A stretch of 64,000 nucleotides of DNA from Yoonia sp. GTDB lineage: Bacteria; Pseudomonadota; Alphaproteobacteria; Rhodobacterales; Rhodobacteraceae. The notes beneath the pieces are model-generated. The model did no database searches. It was not told the DNA's origin and saw nothing but the letters and a program-made list of their open reading frames with translations. The translations under genes and the position numbers were made by a program. This document shows, one piece after another, positions 36,850 through 46,517 of the stretch. The stretch is taken from NCBI GenBank assembly GCA_965660685.1, contig CBFIAX010000013.1:937-64936 (forward strand), given 5' to 3'. The stretch's first letter is position 1; each line of letters opens with the position of its first letter.

Positions 36850-38057
36850 AAACCGGTGTCATGATCTGCGGGCATGGCTCGCGTTCACAATCAGCGGTCG
36901 ATGAGTTCGCGACCTTGGCACAGAAACTGCCCGCCTATTTGCCTGACGATTGGATGTGCGATTATGGCTATCTCGAATTCGCCAATCCCGTGATCCGTGA
37001 CGGATTGGACAACCTGCGCGAAGCGGGTTGCGGACGTATCCTCGCTGTGCCGGGCATGCTGTTTGCCGCGATGCACGCAAAGAATGACATTCCTACTGTT
37101 CTGAACACCTATGCGACGCAGCATGGCGTCAACGTCAGCTATGGGCGCGAATTGGGCGTCGACCCCAAAATGATTGCCGCCGCCGCTGGCCGTATCCAAG
37201 ATGCTGTCGCTGCTGCGAATTCCAAGCATGGCAAGGTGCATTTGCACGACACCTGCCTTGTCGTCATCGGCCGCGGCGCGTCTGACCCCGACGCCAATGG
37301 CAATGTCGCCAAAATCGCGCGGATGCTACACGAAGGCATCGGCTTTGGCTGGCACGAAGTGGGCTATTCCGGCGTCACATTCCCGCTGGTCGAGCCTTGC
37401 CTGTCTCATGCCGCGAAATTGGGATACAAACGTATTATCGTGTTCCCGTATTTCCTATTCTCGGGCATCCTAATTGACCGCATCTATGGCTTTACTGATC
37501 AAGTCGCCGCTGAACACCCAGACATCCAATTCTGCAAAGCGGGCTATTTGGGGGACCACCCCAAAGTGCTCGAAACTTTCGCGGAGCGGATCATCGAACA
37601 AACAGGTAAAAACCCGCCACCGAACTGCGGCACCTGTGCTTACCGGACCCAAGTTTTGGCAATGGAAGGCGGCAAAGAGGTGACGATTCCTGCCGATCTG
37701 CGCGACAGCCATCCCGCATTTTCAGACACACCGCCACCCACTTGCGTCTTGTGCAAATACCGGACCCAAGTTTTGGGGTTCGAGGGCGAAGTCGGCGCCA
37801 TTCAAGAATCCCACCACCACCATGTAGAAGGCCAAGGCGCATCTGCACCCGGGTCCAACGTGGCCGATTGCAACCACTGTGACACGTTTTGCACGGGTGT
37901 TTGCCGTCTGGAAATGACGCATGGCCACCACCACCATCATGGGCATGACCACGGTCACGGACATCATCACCACCACCACGATCATGATCACGCGCACCCA
38001 GTTTATCCGCACGCCGATCACCCGCATGGCCCCGAAAGCGCGCGCAAATCCAAATAG
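36846..38057 (+). CDS. cbiX: sirohydrochlorin (cobalto)chelatase CbiX, long form with Cys-rich and His-rich C-terminus
   Basis: CGHGSR, GYLEFANP, FAAMHAKNDIP, GRGASDPDAN, FPYFLFSG, CxxCKYR...HHHHVEG. Confidence 0.9.
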   Translation: MKTGVMICGHGSRSQSAVDEFATLAQKLPAYLPDDWMCDYGYLEFANPVIRDGLDNLREAGCGRILAVPGMLFAAMHAKNDIPTVLNTYATQHGVNVSYGRELGVDPKMIAAAAGRIQDAVAAANSKHGKVHLHDTCLVVIGRGASDPDANGNVAKIARMLHEGIGFGWHEVGYSGVTFPLVEPCLSHAAKLGYKRIIVFPYFLFSGILIDRIYGFTDQVAAEHPDIQFCKAGYLGDHPKVLETFAERIIEQTGKNPPPNCGTCAYRTQVLAMEGGKEVTIPADLRDSHPAFSDTPPPTCVLCKYRTQVLGFEGEVGAIQESHHHHVEGQGASAPGSNVADCNHCDTFCTGVCRLEMTHGHHHHHGHDHGHGHHHHHHDHDHAHPVYPHADHPHGPESARKSK

Positions 38058-38059
38058 CC

Positions 38060-38092
38060 CTCGCATTGTCCTAAAATACTCCCGCCGGAGGC
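38060..38092 (-). repeat. dispersed GCCTCCGGCGG repeat, subfamily C
   Basis: Reverse complement GCCTCCGGCGGGAGTATTTTAGGACAATGCGAG, between cbiX and cobH. Confidence 0.88.
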
Positions 38093-38126
38093 TCCTTCGG
38101 CGGCGGAACCCATAAGGCCCGACGTT

Positions 38127-38765
38127 TTGCGCCCATACGAAAAAGACCCTGCCGCGATTTACGCCGCCAGCTTCGCGACTGTGCGGGCAGAGGCGCGTTT
38201 GGACCGGTTTCAGACGGATATGCACCCGCTGATCACGCGGCTTATCCATGCCTGCGGCATGATCGAAGTCGCCGATCGACTTGCATGGTCTCAGAACGCC
38301 TTTGCCGCCGGTCACGCCGCGCTTCAGGCGGGTAAACCAATCCTGTGCGATTGCGAAATGGTGGGGGCGGGCATCATCCGCCGCTACTTGCCATCGGACA
38401 ACCAAGTCATTGTGACGCTTAACGACCCATCTGTGCCAGCCCGCGCCAAAGAGATTGGCAATACGCGCTCTGCTGCTGCTGTCGACCTTTGGGCCGATCA
38501 TCTTGACGGTGCGGTCGTGGCTGTTGGCAATGCGCCAACAGCGCTGTTTCACCTTCTGGAACTACTCGATTCCGGTGCGCCCAAACCTGCTGTGATCCTT
38601 GGTTTCCCTGTGGGCTTCATCGGGGCAGCCGAAAGCAAGGCAGAACTTGCTGACAACCCACGAGGCTGCGATTTTGTCGCCTTGCGCGGGCGGCGTGGCG
38701 GGTCGGCAATGGCATCCGCGGCCGTCAACGCACTCGCCGCAGGCCTGCCCGAGGACAAGCAATGA
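38127..38765 (+). CDS. cobH: precorrin-8X methylmutase
   Basis: YEKDPAAIYAASFA, RLIHACG, TRSAAA, GNAPTAL, PVGFIGAAESK, GRRGGS; TTG start. Confidence 0.96.
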   Translation: MRPYEKDPAAIYAASFATVRAEARLDRFQTDMHPLITRLIHACGMIEVADRLAWSQNAFAAGHAALQAGKPILCDCEMVGAGIIRRYLPSDNQVIVTLNDPSVPARAKEIGNTRSAAAVDLWADHLDGAVVAVGNAPTALFHLLELLDSGAPKPAVILGFPVGFIGAAESKAELADNPRGCDFVALRGRRGGSAMASAAVNALAAGLPEDKQ

Positions 38766-39961
38766 CGCCTTGGCTTCATATCGTTGGCATCGGCGAAGAC
38801 GGGCTTGACGGACTGGTCCCAGCCACCCGCGCTGTTGTTGAAGCTGCCGAGGTAATTTTGGGCGGCGACCGACACCATGCACTTGCTGCCAATATCGGCG
38901 CGACCCGCATCGCTTGGCCGTCGCCTTTCAATGCAATGATCGACACTATCGAAGGGATGCGTGGCAAACGCGCCGTGATCCTCGTGACCGGTGATCCGCT
39001 TTGGTTTTCGGTGGGTGCCCGCATCGGGCGGTCCATTGATCCGGCAGAAATTGTCTATCACCCGCAATTGTCGGCCTTCCAATTGGCTGCAGCGCGCATG
39101 GGCTGGTCCTTGCCTGACGTGGAAACATTGACTGTGCACGGGCGCCCTGTCGAACAAATGATCGCCTTTATCCAGCCGGATGCGCGGTTGTTGGTTTTGA
39201 CGACAGGAGCTGAAACGCCTGCGCAGATCGCGGCTTTCCTTGCAGACCGCGGCTTTGGCAAATCACGCATGACAGTGCTGGCCGCGATGGGCGGCAAGGA
39301 CGAAGCCCGCTTTGACGGTTTGGCCGAAAGCTGGGACCACGATGTGCCCGCGTTCAATACGCTCGCAGTCGAATGTATCGCGGCGTCTGATGCAGCGCTG
39401 TTGCCGCGCGTGCCGGGCTTGGCAGATGTGTTGTTCCAATCTGACGGCACGATGACCAAACAAGAAATCCGCGCTGCAACACTGGCAAAACTAATGCCGA
39501 TGCGTGGTGCTTTATTGTGGGACATCGGCTGTGGGTCGGGGTCTGTTGCCATCGAATGGATGCGCGCGGCGCGTTATGCCCGCGCTATCGGGATCGAACC
39601 GCGTGCGGACAGACGCGCAATGGCGGGCGCAAATGCCTTGGCTTTGGGCGCGCCGAAATTAGAACTGGTCGAAGGCACAGTGCCTGAAGCCTTGGATGGG
39701 TTGGCCGCTCCGGACGCGATTTTTATAGGCGGCGGGTTGAGCCATGCAACGTTTGAGGCAGCTTGGGACGCACTGCGCCCCTTGGGCCGTTTGGTCGCGA
39801 ATGCGGTGACGTTGGAAAGCGAAGCGGTGTTGATGGACCTTCACGCGAAATACGGCGGTGATCTGGTACGCATTTCGGTATGCCGTGCAGAACCAGTTGG
39901 CCGTTTGACAGGCTGGCGACCCGCGATGCCGGTCACCCAGTGGAGCCTTGTGAAAAGATGA
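38762..39961 (+). CDS. cobL: precorrin-6Y C5,15-methyltransferase (decarboxylating), CbiE-CbiT fusion
   Basis: WLHIVGIGEDG, TGDP, MTKQEIRA, WDIGCGSGSV, FIGGG, ANAVTLE. Confidence 0.95.
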   Translation: MTPWLHIVGIGEDGLDGLVPATRAVVEAAEVILGGDRHHALAANIGATRIAWPSPFNAMIDTIEGMRGKRAVILVTGDPLWFSVGARIGRSIDPAEIVYHPQLSAFQLAAARMGWSLPDVETLTVHGRPVEQMIAFIQPDARLLVLTTGAETPAQIAAFLADRGFGKSRMTVLAAMGGKDEARFDGLAESWDHDVPAFNTLAVECIAASDAALLPRVPGLADVLFQSDGTMTKQEIRAATLAKLMPMRGALLWDIGCGSGSVAIEWMRAARYARAIGIEPRADRRAMAGANALALGAPKLELVEGTVPEALDGLAAPDAIFIGGGLSHATFEAAWDALRPLGRLVANAVTLESEAVLMDLHAKYGGDLVRISVCRAEPVGRLTGWRPAMPVTQWSLVKR

Positions 39962-39967
39962 TTTTTT

Positions 39968-40000
39968 GCCTTCGGCGGACATATTTAGGCTCGGAAAAAG
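39968..40000 (+). repeat. dispersed GCCTCCGGCGG repeat, subfamily D
   Basis: GCCTTCGGCGGACATATTTAGGCTCGGAAAAAG, between cobL and cobI. Confidence 0.75.
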
Positions 40001-40010
40001 GGGCGGCGCG

Positions 40011-40712
40011 ATGAGCGGCACACTTTACGGCGTGGGCCTTGGGCCCGGTGCGCCAGATTTAATGACATTGCGCGCAGCGCGATTGATCGGGGCGGCCAAG
40101 GTCGTGGCTTATCCAACGCTGGCGGGGGGGGATAGCTTCGCCCGCGCGATTGCGGCCGATCTGATTTCGGACATCGTCCGTGAAATCGTCATGGATGTTC
40201 CCATGACGGTGGAGCGCGCCCCTGCGCAAGAGGCTTATGATACCGGTGCTGCGGCGATTGCGGCAGCATTGGATGCGGGTGAGGATGTGGTTTGTCTTTG
40301 CGAAGGTGACCCGTTTTTCTATGGCTCGTTCATGTATTTGTTTGCCCGCTTGTCCGATAAATATCGGGTTGAGGTCGTCCCTGGCGTGACATCTGTCACC
40401 GCCTGCGCCGCGCGGGCAGGTATGCCATTGGCCGCGCGCAATGAGCGTTTGACAGTTCTGCCGGGCCCATTACCCAAAGACGAACTGCGCAATCGCATTG
40501 AAGGTGCCGAAAGCGTTGTCGTCATGAAAGTTGGCCGCCATATGTCGAAAATTCGCAGCGTTATCGCGGACCTTGGTCTGACCGACCGTGCGGTCTATGT
40601 CGAACGTGCCACGCTGCCCCAAGAGGTTGTCACACGGCTTGCCGATGCACCTGAAAATGCCCCTTATTTCTCAATGATCTTGCTCACCAAAGGAGCCGAC
40701 CCATGGCTATAG
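40011..40712 (+). CDS. cobI: precorrin-2 C20-methyltransferase
   Basis: LYGVGLGPGAPDLMTLRA, CEGDPFFYGSF, VPGVTS, MKVGR, PYFSMIL. Confidence 0.95.
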   Translation: MSGTLYGVGLGPGAPDLMTLRAARLIGAAKVVAYPTLAGGDSFARAIAADLISDIVREIVMDVPMTVERAPAQEAYDTGAAAIAAALDAGEDVVCLCEGDPFFYGSFMYLFARLSDKYRVEVVPGVTSVTACAARAGMPLAARNERLTVLPGPLPKDELRNRIEGAESVVVMKVGRHMSKIRSVIADLGLTDRAVYVERATLPQEVVTRLADAPENAPYFSMILLTKGADPWL

Positions 40713-42547
40713 CCCCTGTCGTTTTGGCCTTGTCCCGTTCTGGCGAACCTGTCGCCCATAAAGTCGCAGCCCTATTGAATGCCAAGGTCCATGGCCGCGC
40801 AGGACGTGCGGATCAGGCCGACGCATTTTTCGACAATGCGCTCGACCATGTACGTGATTTATTTGCAGCAGGTGTTCCTGTTGTCGGCGTCTGTGCGAGC
40901 GGCATTCTTATTCGCGCGGTTGCCCCATTGTTGATGGATAAAACGACCGAACCACCCGTGGTGTCCGTGTCCGACGATGGCGCAGTTGTCGTGCCATTAC
41001 TGGGTGGTCATCGCGGGGCCAACCGGCTTGCGTCTCAAATTGCAGAAGGCTTGGGCGCGGTGGCTGCCGTCACCACGGCGGGCGACGTCGCTTTGGGCGT
41101 GGCCCTTGATACGCCGCCCATTGGGTGGACGTTGGTGAACCCCGCAGATGCAAAGGGCGCGATGGCGAACTTGCTGTCAGGCACTGGGGCTACTGTTTCG
41201 GGTGATGCGCCATGGCTGGCGGGATTGCCCCAAGGTGATGGTCTGCGTATTTCCGCCGAACCCGTGCGCCATGGCGACCTAAGCGAGGGGCACCTGCAAT
41301 TCGCACCGCAAATATTAACCATCGGCGTCGGCTGCGCGCGCAACTGCGATCCGCATGAACTGATGGCCTTGGTTCTTGAAACCCTCGACCAAACGGGCCT
41401 CGCGCCAGAAGCAGTGCATTCGGTCAATACGATCACACTGAAGGCCGACGAGCCCGCGATTATTGAGCTGTCAAAGGCGCTGGGCGTGCCGATGCGATTG
41501 TTCGATGCTGAAATACTCGACGCGGAAACCCCGCGTTTGGAAAACCCGTCCGATGTGGTTTTTGCCGAGGTCGGCACGCATGGCGTATCAGAGGCAGCGG
41601 CATTGGCCCAAGCTGGCGCGGATGGCACGCTGATGGTCGCTAAGCGCAAGACCGCAAACGCGACCTGCGCCATTGGATTGGCCCCTGCGCCATTAACCGA
41701 ATTGCAGGGCCGTGCCCGTGGGCGGCTGTCCGTTGTGGGCATCGGCCCCGGCCAAGCCGCGTGGCGCACGCCAGAGGTGTCGCGTCTTGTGGCTGAGGCC
41801 GAAGAACTGGTGGGTTACGGGCTCTATATCGACCTGCTTGGCCCGCTGGCGATTGGTAAAGACCGGTCCGATTTTCCGTTAGGCGGTGAAGAGGCCCGTT
41901 GTCGTTATGCTTTGGAACAAGCAGCCAAGGGCAAGAATGTCGCGCTGGTCTGTTCAGGCGACGCGGGTATTTACGCCATGGGCGCCTTGGTGTTTGAACT
42001 ACTCGACCGCTCTGAAGACGAAGAGGGTGTGTCTGATGCCGCCCACCGTGTCGAGGTTGTCTGCTCACCTGGTGTGAGTGCGCTGCAAGGGGCGGCGGCC
42101 CGCGCTGGTGCCCCATTGGGCCATGATTTTTGCACGATCAGCTTGTCTGACCTTTTGACCCCGCGCGATGATATTATCCGGCGCTTGCATGCGGCAGCGG
42201 AGGGCGATTTCGTGATCGCATTCTACAACCCCGTGTCCAAGACACGTCGCACATTGCTGGCCGAGGCTCGCGACATTCTGTTGCAACACCGTCCTGCGGA
42301 CACGCCAGTGATGCTTGCCAGCTCGCTTGGCCGAGCCGAAGAATACGTGCGCTATCGCAGGTTGGACCAATTGGAAGTCGACGAGGTCGATATGCTGACA
42401 GTTGTGTTGATTGGGTCTAGCAACTCACGTCTCGCGCAAATGGGCGAGGGCCCGCGTATGTTCACCCCGCGTGGTTATGCCCGCAAGATCGACGGCGATT
42501 TGACTGCCAAACGTGACGACCCCTATCTGCCCGAGGAGGCATCTTAG
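40703..42547 (+). CDS. cobJ: CbiG-CobJ fusion (CbiG-like N-terminus plus precorrin-3B C17-methyltransferase)
   Basis: CbiG motifs GILIR..AP...K..EP.V, LLGGHRGAN, GVGC.R, GVSEAAAL; then VVGIGPG, SGDAGIYAM, GAPLGHDF..ISLSD, YNPVS, TPRGY. Confidence 0.93.
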   Translation: MAIAPVVLALSRSGEPVAHKVAALLNAKVHGRAGRADQADAFFDNALDHVRDLFAAGVPVVGVCASGILIRAVAPLLMDKTTEPPVVSVSDDGAVVVPLLGGHRGANRLASQIAEGLGAVAAVTTAGDVALGVALDTPPIGWTLVNPADAKGAMANLLSGTGATVSGDAPWLAGLPQGDGLRISAEPVRHGDLSEGHLQFAPQILTIGVGCARNCDPHELMALVLETLDQTGLAPEAVHSVNTITLKADEPAIIELSKALGVPMRLFDAEILDAETPRLENPSDVVFAEVGTHGVSEAAALAQAGADGTLMVAKRKTANATCAIGLAPAPLTELQGRARGRLSVVGIGPGQAAWRTPEVSRLVAEAEELVGYGLYIDLLGPLAIGKDRSDFPLGGEEARCRYALEQAAKGKNVALVCSGDAGIYAMGALVFELLDRSEDEEGVSDAAHRVEVVCSPGVSALQGAAARAGAPLGHDFCTISLSDLLTPRDDIIRRLHAAAEGDFVIAFYNPVSKTRRTLLAEARDILLQHRPADTPVMLASSLGRAEEYVRYRRLDQLEVDEVDMLTVVLIGSSNSRLAQMGEGPRMFTPRGYARKIDGDLTAKRDDPYLPEEAS

Positions 42548-43318
42548 ATGACTGTTTATTTTATCGGCGCAGGGCCGGGTGATCCGGAACTTTTAACGCT
42601 GAAGGCCGCGCGCGTGATCGGGGAATGCCCTGTGTGTCTTTATGCGGGGTCACTCGTACCAGAGGCTGTCGTTGGCTGCGCTCCCGAAGGGGCGTTGGTG
42701 ATGGATACGGCCCCCATGACGCTGGACGACACGCATGGCGAGATCGTCAAAGCCCATGCAAAGGGGCAAGACGTGGCGCGCGTGCATTCCGGTGACCCGT
42801 CGCTTTATGGCGCGATTGCGGAACAAATTCGGCGATTGAAGCTGGAGGGCATCGACTATCAGATCATCCCCGGTGTGCCCGCATATGCGGCGGCAGCGGC
42901 TGCATTGGGCACCGAATTGACTGTGCCAGAGGTGGCGCAATCCATCATCCTGACGCGCATGTCGATGAAATCCACGAGCATGCCATCGGGCGAAACCTTG
43001 GAAAACTTTGCCAAAACCGGTGCGACGCTTGCGATCCATTTGGGTATCCGCGCGATGCGCGAAATTGAGCGGCAGTTGGCGCCATATTACGGCGAGGATT
43101 GCCCTGTCGCGGTGATCTACCGCGTCGGCTGGCCCGATCAAATGATTATTCGTGGCACATTGATGGATGTGCGCGAAAAGGCGCGGGCCGCAAAAATCAC
43201 ACGTACTGCGTTGATATTGGTCGGACCTGCCTTGGCCGAGAACCACGGGTTTCCGGACAGCGCGCTATATGATGCGGCCAAACCGCATGTTCTGCGCCCT
43301 AAGGCTGCAAAGGCGTAA
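42548..43318 (+). CDS. cobM: precorrin-4 C11-methyltransferase
   Basis: VYFIGAGPGDPEL, LYAGSLV, HSGDPSLYGA, ELTVPEVAQS, SALYD. Confidence 0.96.
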   Translation: MTVYFIGAGPGDPELLTLKAARVIGECPVCLYAGSLVPEAVVGCAPEGALVMDTAPMTLDDTHGEIVKAHAKGQDVARVHSGDPSLYGAIAEQIRRLKLEGIDYQIIPGVPAYAAAAAALGTELTVPEVAQSIILTRMSMKSTSMPSGETLENFAKTGATLAIHLGIRAMREIERQLAPYYGEDCPVAVIYRVGWPDQMIIRGTLMDVREKARAAKITRTALILVGPALAENHGFPDSALYDAAKPHVLRPKAAKA

Positions 43319-43405
43319 CTTTGATCACAAAACGCTGCGTTGCGGCGGGTTTTGTTACTTGATCTTCATACTTTGCAGCCCATTGTTGGTGCAAAGGGGA
43401 AGACT

Positions 43406-43753
43406 ATGATTGATCATCTGCCAGATGCCGTACTCGAGGGCCTGAAACAGGCGCGCGCGAAATCGCTGCGTCGCAAGGATAAGCTTTGCGTGCATGACGG
43501 GGACGATGTTTACCCTGTGCGCCGGTTTTGGGAAGGTGGCTTTTCACTGGATTTGGATGTCGCTGAAAAGCTGCGCGGACGCGTCGAAATCTACGATGGG
43601 TCGCGCCATTTGTATCAATGCCTCATCGTCGACTCCGCCGTCGAAGGCGAGGAACGCGTGTTTGATTTCAAATGGCTGCACCCTGTAACGGATGCAGCCC
43701 CGGTTGATTTCGAACGCCCTGATTTTGTGCCAGCGGGTTTGCTGGCACGCTAA
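43406..43753 (+). CDS. hypothetical protein
   Basis: RBS AAGGGGA; MIDHLPDAVLEGLKQAR...LRGRVEIYDGSRHL.QCLI...A.VDFE; fills the gap cleanly. Confidence 0.75.
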   Translation: MIDHLPDAVLEGLKQARAKSLRRKDKLCVHDGDDVYPVRRFWEGGFSLDLDVAEKLRGRVEIYDGSRHLYQCLIVDSAVEGEERVFDFKWLHPVTDAAPVDFERPDFVPAGLLAR

Positions 43754-44923
43754 TCACTGCAAATCGCTGAAGGCGGCCTGCAAGCGGGCGACGGCCTCTT
43801 GGACCTGTGCACGTGACGTCCCAAGGTTGAAGCGCAGGAATGTCTCGCCGCCCTGACCAAATGTTGGCCCGTGGTTGGCCGCGATTTTGGCGGTGGATTG
43901 CACGCGGCGCGTGAACTCTGCCGCTTCCATGCCAGTGCCTGAAAAGTCGACCCACGCCAGATATGTGGATTCCAATGCCATGGATTTCACACCCGGGATC
44001 GCGTTGACGCCTTCGTCAAATACTCGCGCATTTTCAGCCAGATAAGCGCGCAATTCATCGACCCAAGCCGCGCCATCAGGGGAATAGGCCGCTGTCGCCA
44101 TGAAAAGGCCAAAGCTGTTAGGCGAAATGCCCAATGCCGCCATGCGCGCGCCGAAACGGGCACGCAAGTCGGGGTCTTCAATGATGACATTGCCGGAATG
44201 ACTACCCGCGATGTTGAAGGTTTTGGTCGTCGCGGTCATGGTGACCAACCGGTCGGTGATGCCATCGATATTGGCCATAGGAATATGCGTATGACCCGGC
44301 ATCGTTAGGTCGTGGTGGATTTCGTCAGAGACAAGGATCAGCTCATGGCGTTTGGCGAATGCGGCGACGGCCTGTAGCTCGGCTTTGGTCCAAACGCGCC
44401 CGCCCGGATTATGGGGAGAACACAGGATAACCATACGTTCATTGCCCGTCATTTGGGCGTCATAGGCGTCGAAATCAAATTCGTAGCGACCATTATTTTG
44501 GGTTAGCTCGCAAGACACGACTTTACGCTCGGCAGCGTTAATGATCTTGGCAAATGCGTGGTAGACCGGCGTGAACAACACAACCCCGTCGCCCACAGAT
44601 GTATAGGCATCAACGCATAGGGCAGTGCCATTGACCAGCCCGTGGGTCGTGAAAATCCAAGATGGATCTATCTGCCAACCGTGGCGTTCAGCCATCCACC
44701 ACTTGATCGCGGCGCGATAGTCACCATCCTGACCGTAATAGCCATAGACGCCGTGGTCACGCATTGCTTGGACGGCGTTTTGCACGCAAGCGGGCGGCTC
44801 AAACTCCATGTCGGCCACCCACATCGAAATCCCGTCATCACGGGACACGCCGTAAATCTCCTCCATGCTGTCCCATTTAACAGAATGTGTACCACGGCGG
44901 TCGGGTGGGTTGTCGAATGTCAT
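43754..44923 (-). CDS. MalY/PatB family PLP-dependent C-S lyase
   Basis: S.KWD, MWVADMEF, LCSPHNPGGRVW, SDEIH.D, KTFNIAG, TYLAWVD. Confidence 0.92.
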   Translation of the reverse strand: MTFDNPPDRRGTHSVKWDSMEEIYGVSRDDGISMWVADMEFEPPACVQNAVQAMRDHGVYGYYGQDGDYRAAIKWWMAERHGWQIDPSWIFTTHGLVNGTALCVDAYTSVGDGVVLFTPVYHAFAKIINAAERKVVSCELTQNNGRYEFDFDAYDAQMTGNERMVILCSPHNPGGRVWTKAELQAVAAFAKRHELILVSDEIHHDLTMPGHTHIPMANIDGITDRLVTMTATTKTFNIAGSHSGNVIIEDPDLRARFGARMAALGISPNSFGLFMATAAYSPDGAAWVDELRAYLAENARVFDEGVNAIPGVKSMALESTYLAWVDFSGTGMEAAEFTRRVQSTAKIAANHGPTFGQGGETFLRFNLGTSRAQVQEAVARLQAAFSDLQ

Positions 44924-44999
44924 AATGTCGTCTCCGGCGTCTGTTATTTCGCTTAGGGTGCGACTTGCGCGTAGTGGATGCAAGGGCTAGATCGTTGAT

Positions 45000-45521
45000 A
45001 TGTCTATTCGCAATATCCTGATCCACCCCGATCCCCGCCTCAAAAAGACCGTCGATCCTGTTGCAGAGGTCACGGATGCCGTGCGCCAATTGGCCGACGA
45101 TATGTTGGAGACCATGTATGATGCGCCCGGTATTGGGTTAGCCGCGCCGCAGGTCGCCGCCATGTCACGCATGTTCGTGATGGATTGCGCCAAAGAAGAC
45201 GCGGCCACGCCAGAGCCCATGGTGCTGATCAACCCCAAAGTGATCTGGTCTTCAGAAGAGCGGTCCGTCTATGACGAAGGCTGTCTGTCCATCCCCGACC
45301 AATACGCCGAGGTCGAGCGCCCCGCGTCGGTCAAGGTCAGTTGGACCAATCTGGACGGTAAAGAGGTGCAAGAAACCTTTGACGGGCTATGGGCCACATG
45401 TGCGCAGCACGAGATTGATCACTTGGACGGCAAGCTCTTCATCGACTATCTCAAGCCGCTAAAACGCCAGATGATCACGCGCAAGATGCAAAAACTGAAA
45501 CGCGAATTGGCCCGTGGCTGA
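45000..45521 (+). CDS. def: peptide deformylase (canonical)
   Basis: GIGLAAPQ, EGCLS, QHEIDHL motifs intact. Confidence 0.96.
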   Translation: MSIRNILIHPDPRLKKTVDPVAEVTDAVRQLADDMLETMYDAPGIGLAAPQVAAMSRMFVMDCAKEDAATPEPMVLINPKVIWSSEERSVYDEGCLSIPDQYAEVERPASVKVSWTNLDGKEVQETFDGLWATCAQHEIDHLDGKLFIDYLKPLKRQMITRKMQKLKRELARG

Positions 45522-45975
45522 TCTATCGCTCCGCCTTGTGCCTGATCCCGCTTTGCGGGCCATCTGCGCACCGGTGGATGTCTTTGACTTTGCGCTGGTG
45601 CAAACTGCCAAGGCAATGTTGGACATTATGTATGCCGCAAAGGGCCGTGGTTTGGCCGCACCCCAGGTCGGTCTGATAACGCGGGTTTTCGTGATGGATT
45701 CGACTTGGAAATCAGGCGATCCGACCCCACGCATTTTCGTGAACCCTGAAATGACAGAGTGTTCAGAAACTGTTGCCGTTTTTGAAGAAGGCTGTTTGTC
45801 CATTCCAAACCAGACATCGCGTGTCGCAAGACCTGATTGCGTTCGCTTGCGTTGGCAAGGCGTGGACGGAGCGTTTCAGTCCGGCGACTTTACCGGATTT
45901 GAAGCGACCTGCGTCCAACATGAAATCGATCACTTAAACGGTGTGCTTTGCACCGATTATCCGGAGGCCCCATGA
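45514..45975 (+). CDS. def: peptide deformylase paralog 2 (short C-terminus)
   Basis: GRGLAAPQ, EGCLS, QHEIDHLNG; GTG start overlapping def1. Confidence 0.88.
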   Translation: MADLSLRLVPDPALRAICAPVDVFDFALVQTAKAMLDIMYAAKGRGLAAPQVGLITRVFVMDSTWKSGDPTPRIFVNPEMTECSETVAVFEEGCLSIPNQTSRVARPDCVRLRWQGVDGAFQSGDFTGFEATCVQHEIDHLNGVLCTDYPEAP

Positions 45976-46466
45976 CCCGCCCATTTGTGATGTACCCCCA
46001 CAAAGCGCTGCGTACTCCTGCTGCACCTGTCGCCGAGATCACCGACGATATTCGCGCCATTTGGGACGACATGATCGGGGTCATGGATGCGATGCCGGGG
46101 TACGGTTTGGCCGCACCGCAGTTGGGGATCGGGTTGGCCTTGGCGGTCGTTGATGCCAGCGCCAAGCGCGGGCAGGCGATGCGGCTTGCCAATCCAGAGA
46201 TATTGCACAGTTCGATTGAACCGCGCGTGCATGAAGAGGCATCGCCGAATTTGCCGGGTGTCAGTGCAAAAATTTCACGACCCCGCGCGGTGACTGTCCG
46301 TTTCTTGAACGAAGATGGCGTTTGGGATCGGCATGAATTTGTCGGTCTTTGGGCCACATCTGTTCAACATCAAATTGATCATTTGGCTGGCAAAATGTTT
46401 ATTGATCATCTTAGCCGCACCAAGCGTGATATGTTGGTGAAAAGGGCCGCGAAGTTACGCGGGTAA
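45972..46466 (+). CDS. peptide deformylase-like protein, probably inactive
   Basis: GYGLAAPQ retained, but EASPN replaces EGCLS and QHQIDH replaces QHEIDH. Confidence 0.88.
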   Translation: MTRPFVMYPHKALRTPAAPVAEITDDIRAIWDDMIGVMDAMPGYGLAAPQLGIGLALAVVDASAKRGQAMRLANPEILHSSIEPRVHEEASPNLPGVSAKISRPRAVTVRFLNEDGVWDRHEFVGLWATSVQHQIDHLAGKMFIDHLSRTKRDMLVKRAAKLRG

Positions 46467-46477
46467 CAATTGTCGGA

Positions 46478-46511
46478 GCCTCCGGCGGGGATATTTGACA
46501 ACCAAAGAGGG
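46478..46511 (+). repeat. dispersed GCCTCCGGCGG repeat, subfamily B
   Basis: GCCTCCGGCGGGGATATTTGACAACCAAAGAGGG, directly upstream of the fmt ATG. Confidence 0.9.
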
Positions 46512-46517
46512 AATGTC

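Noticed and set aside
44930-44950. TCTCCGGCGTCTGTTATTT as a further repeat copy
   Set aside because: Only a short match, explained by the GGAGA RBS of the malY/patB gene on the minus strand.
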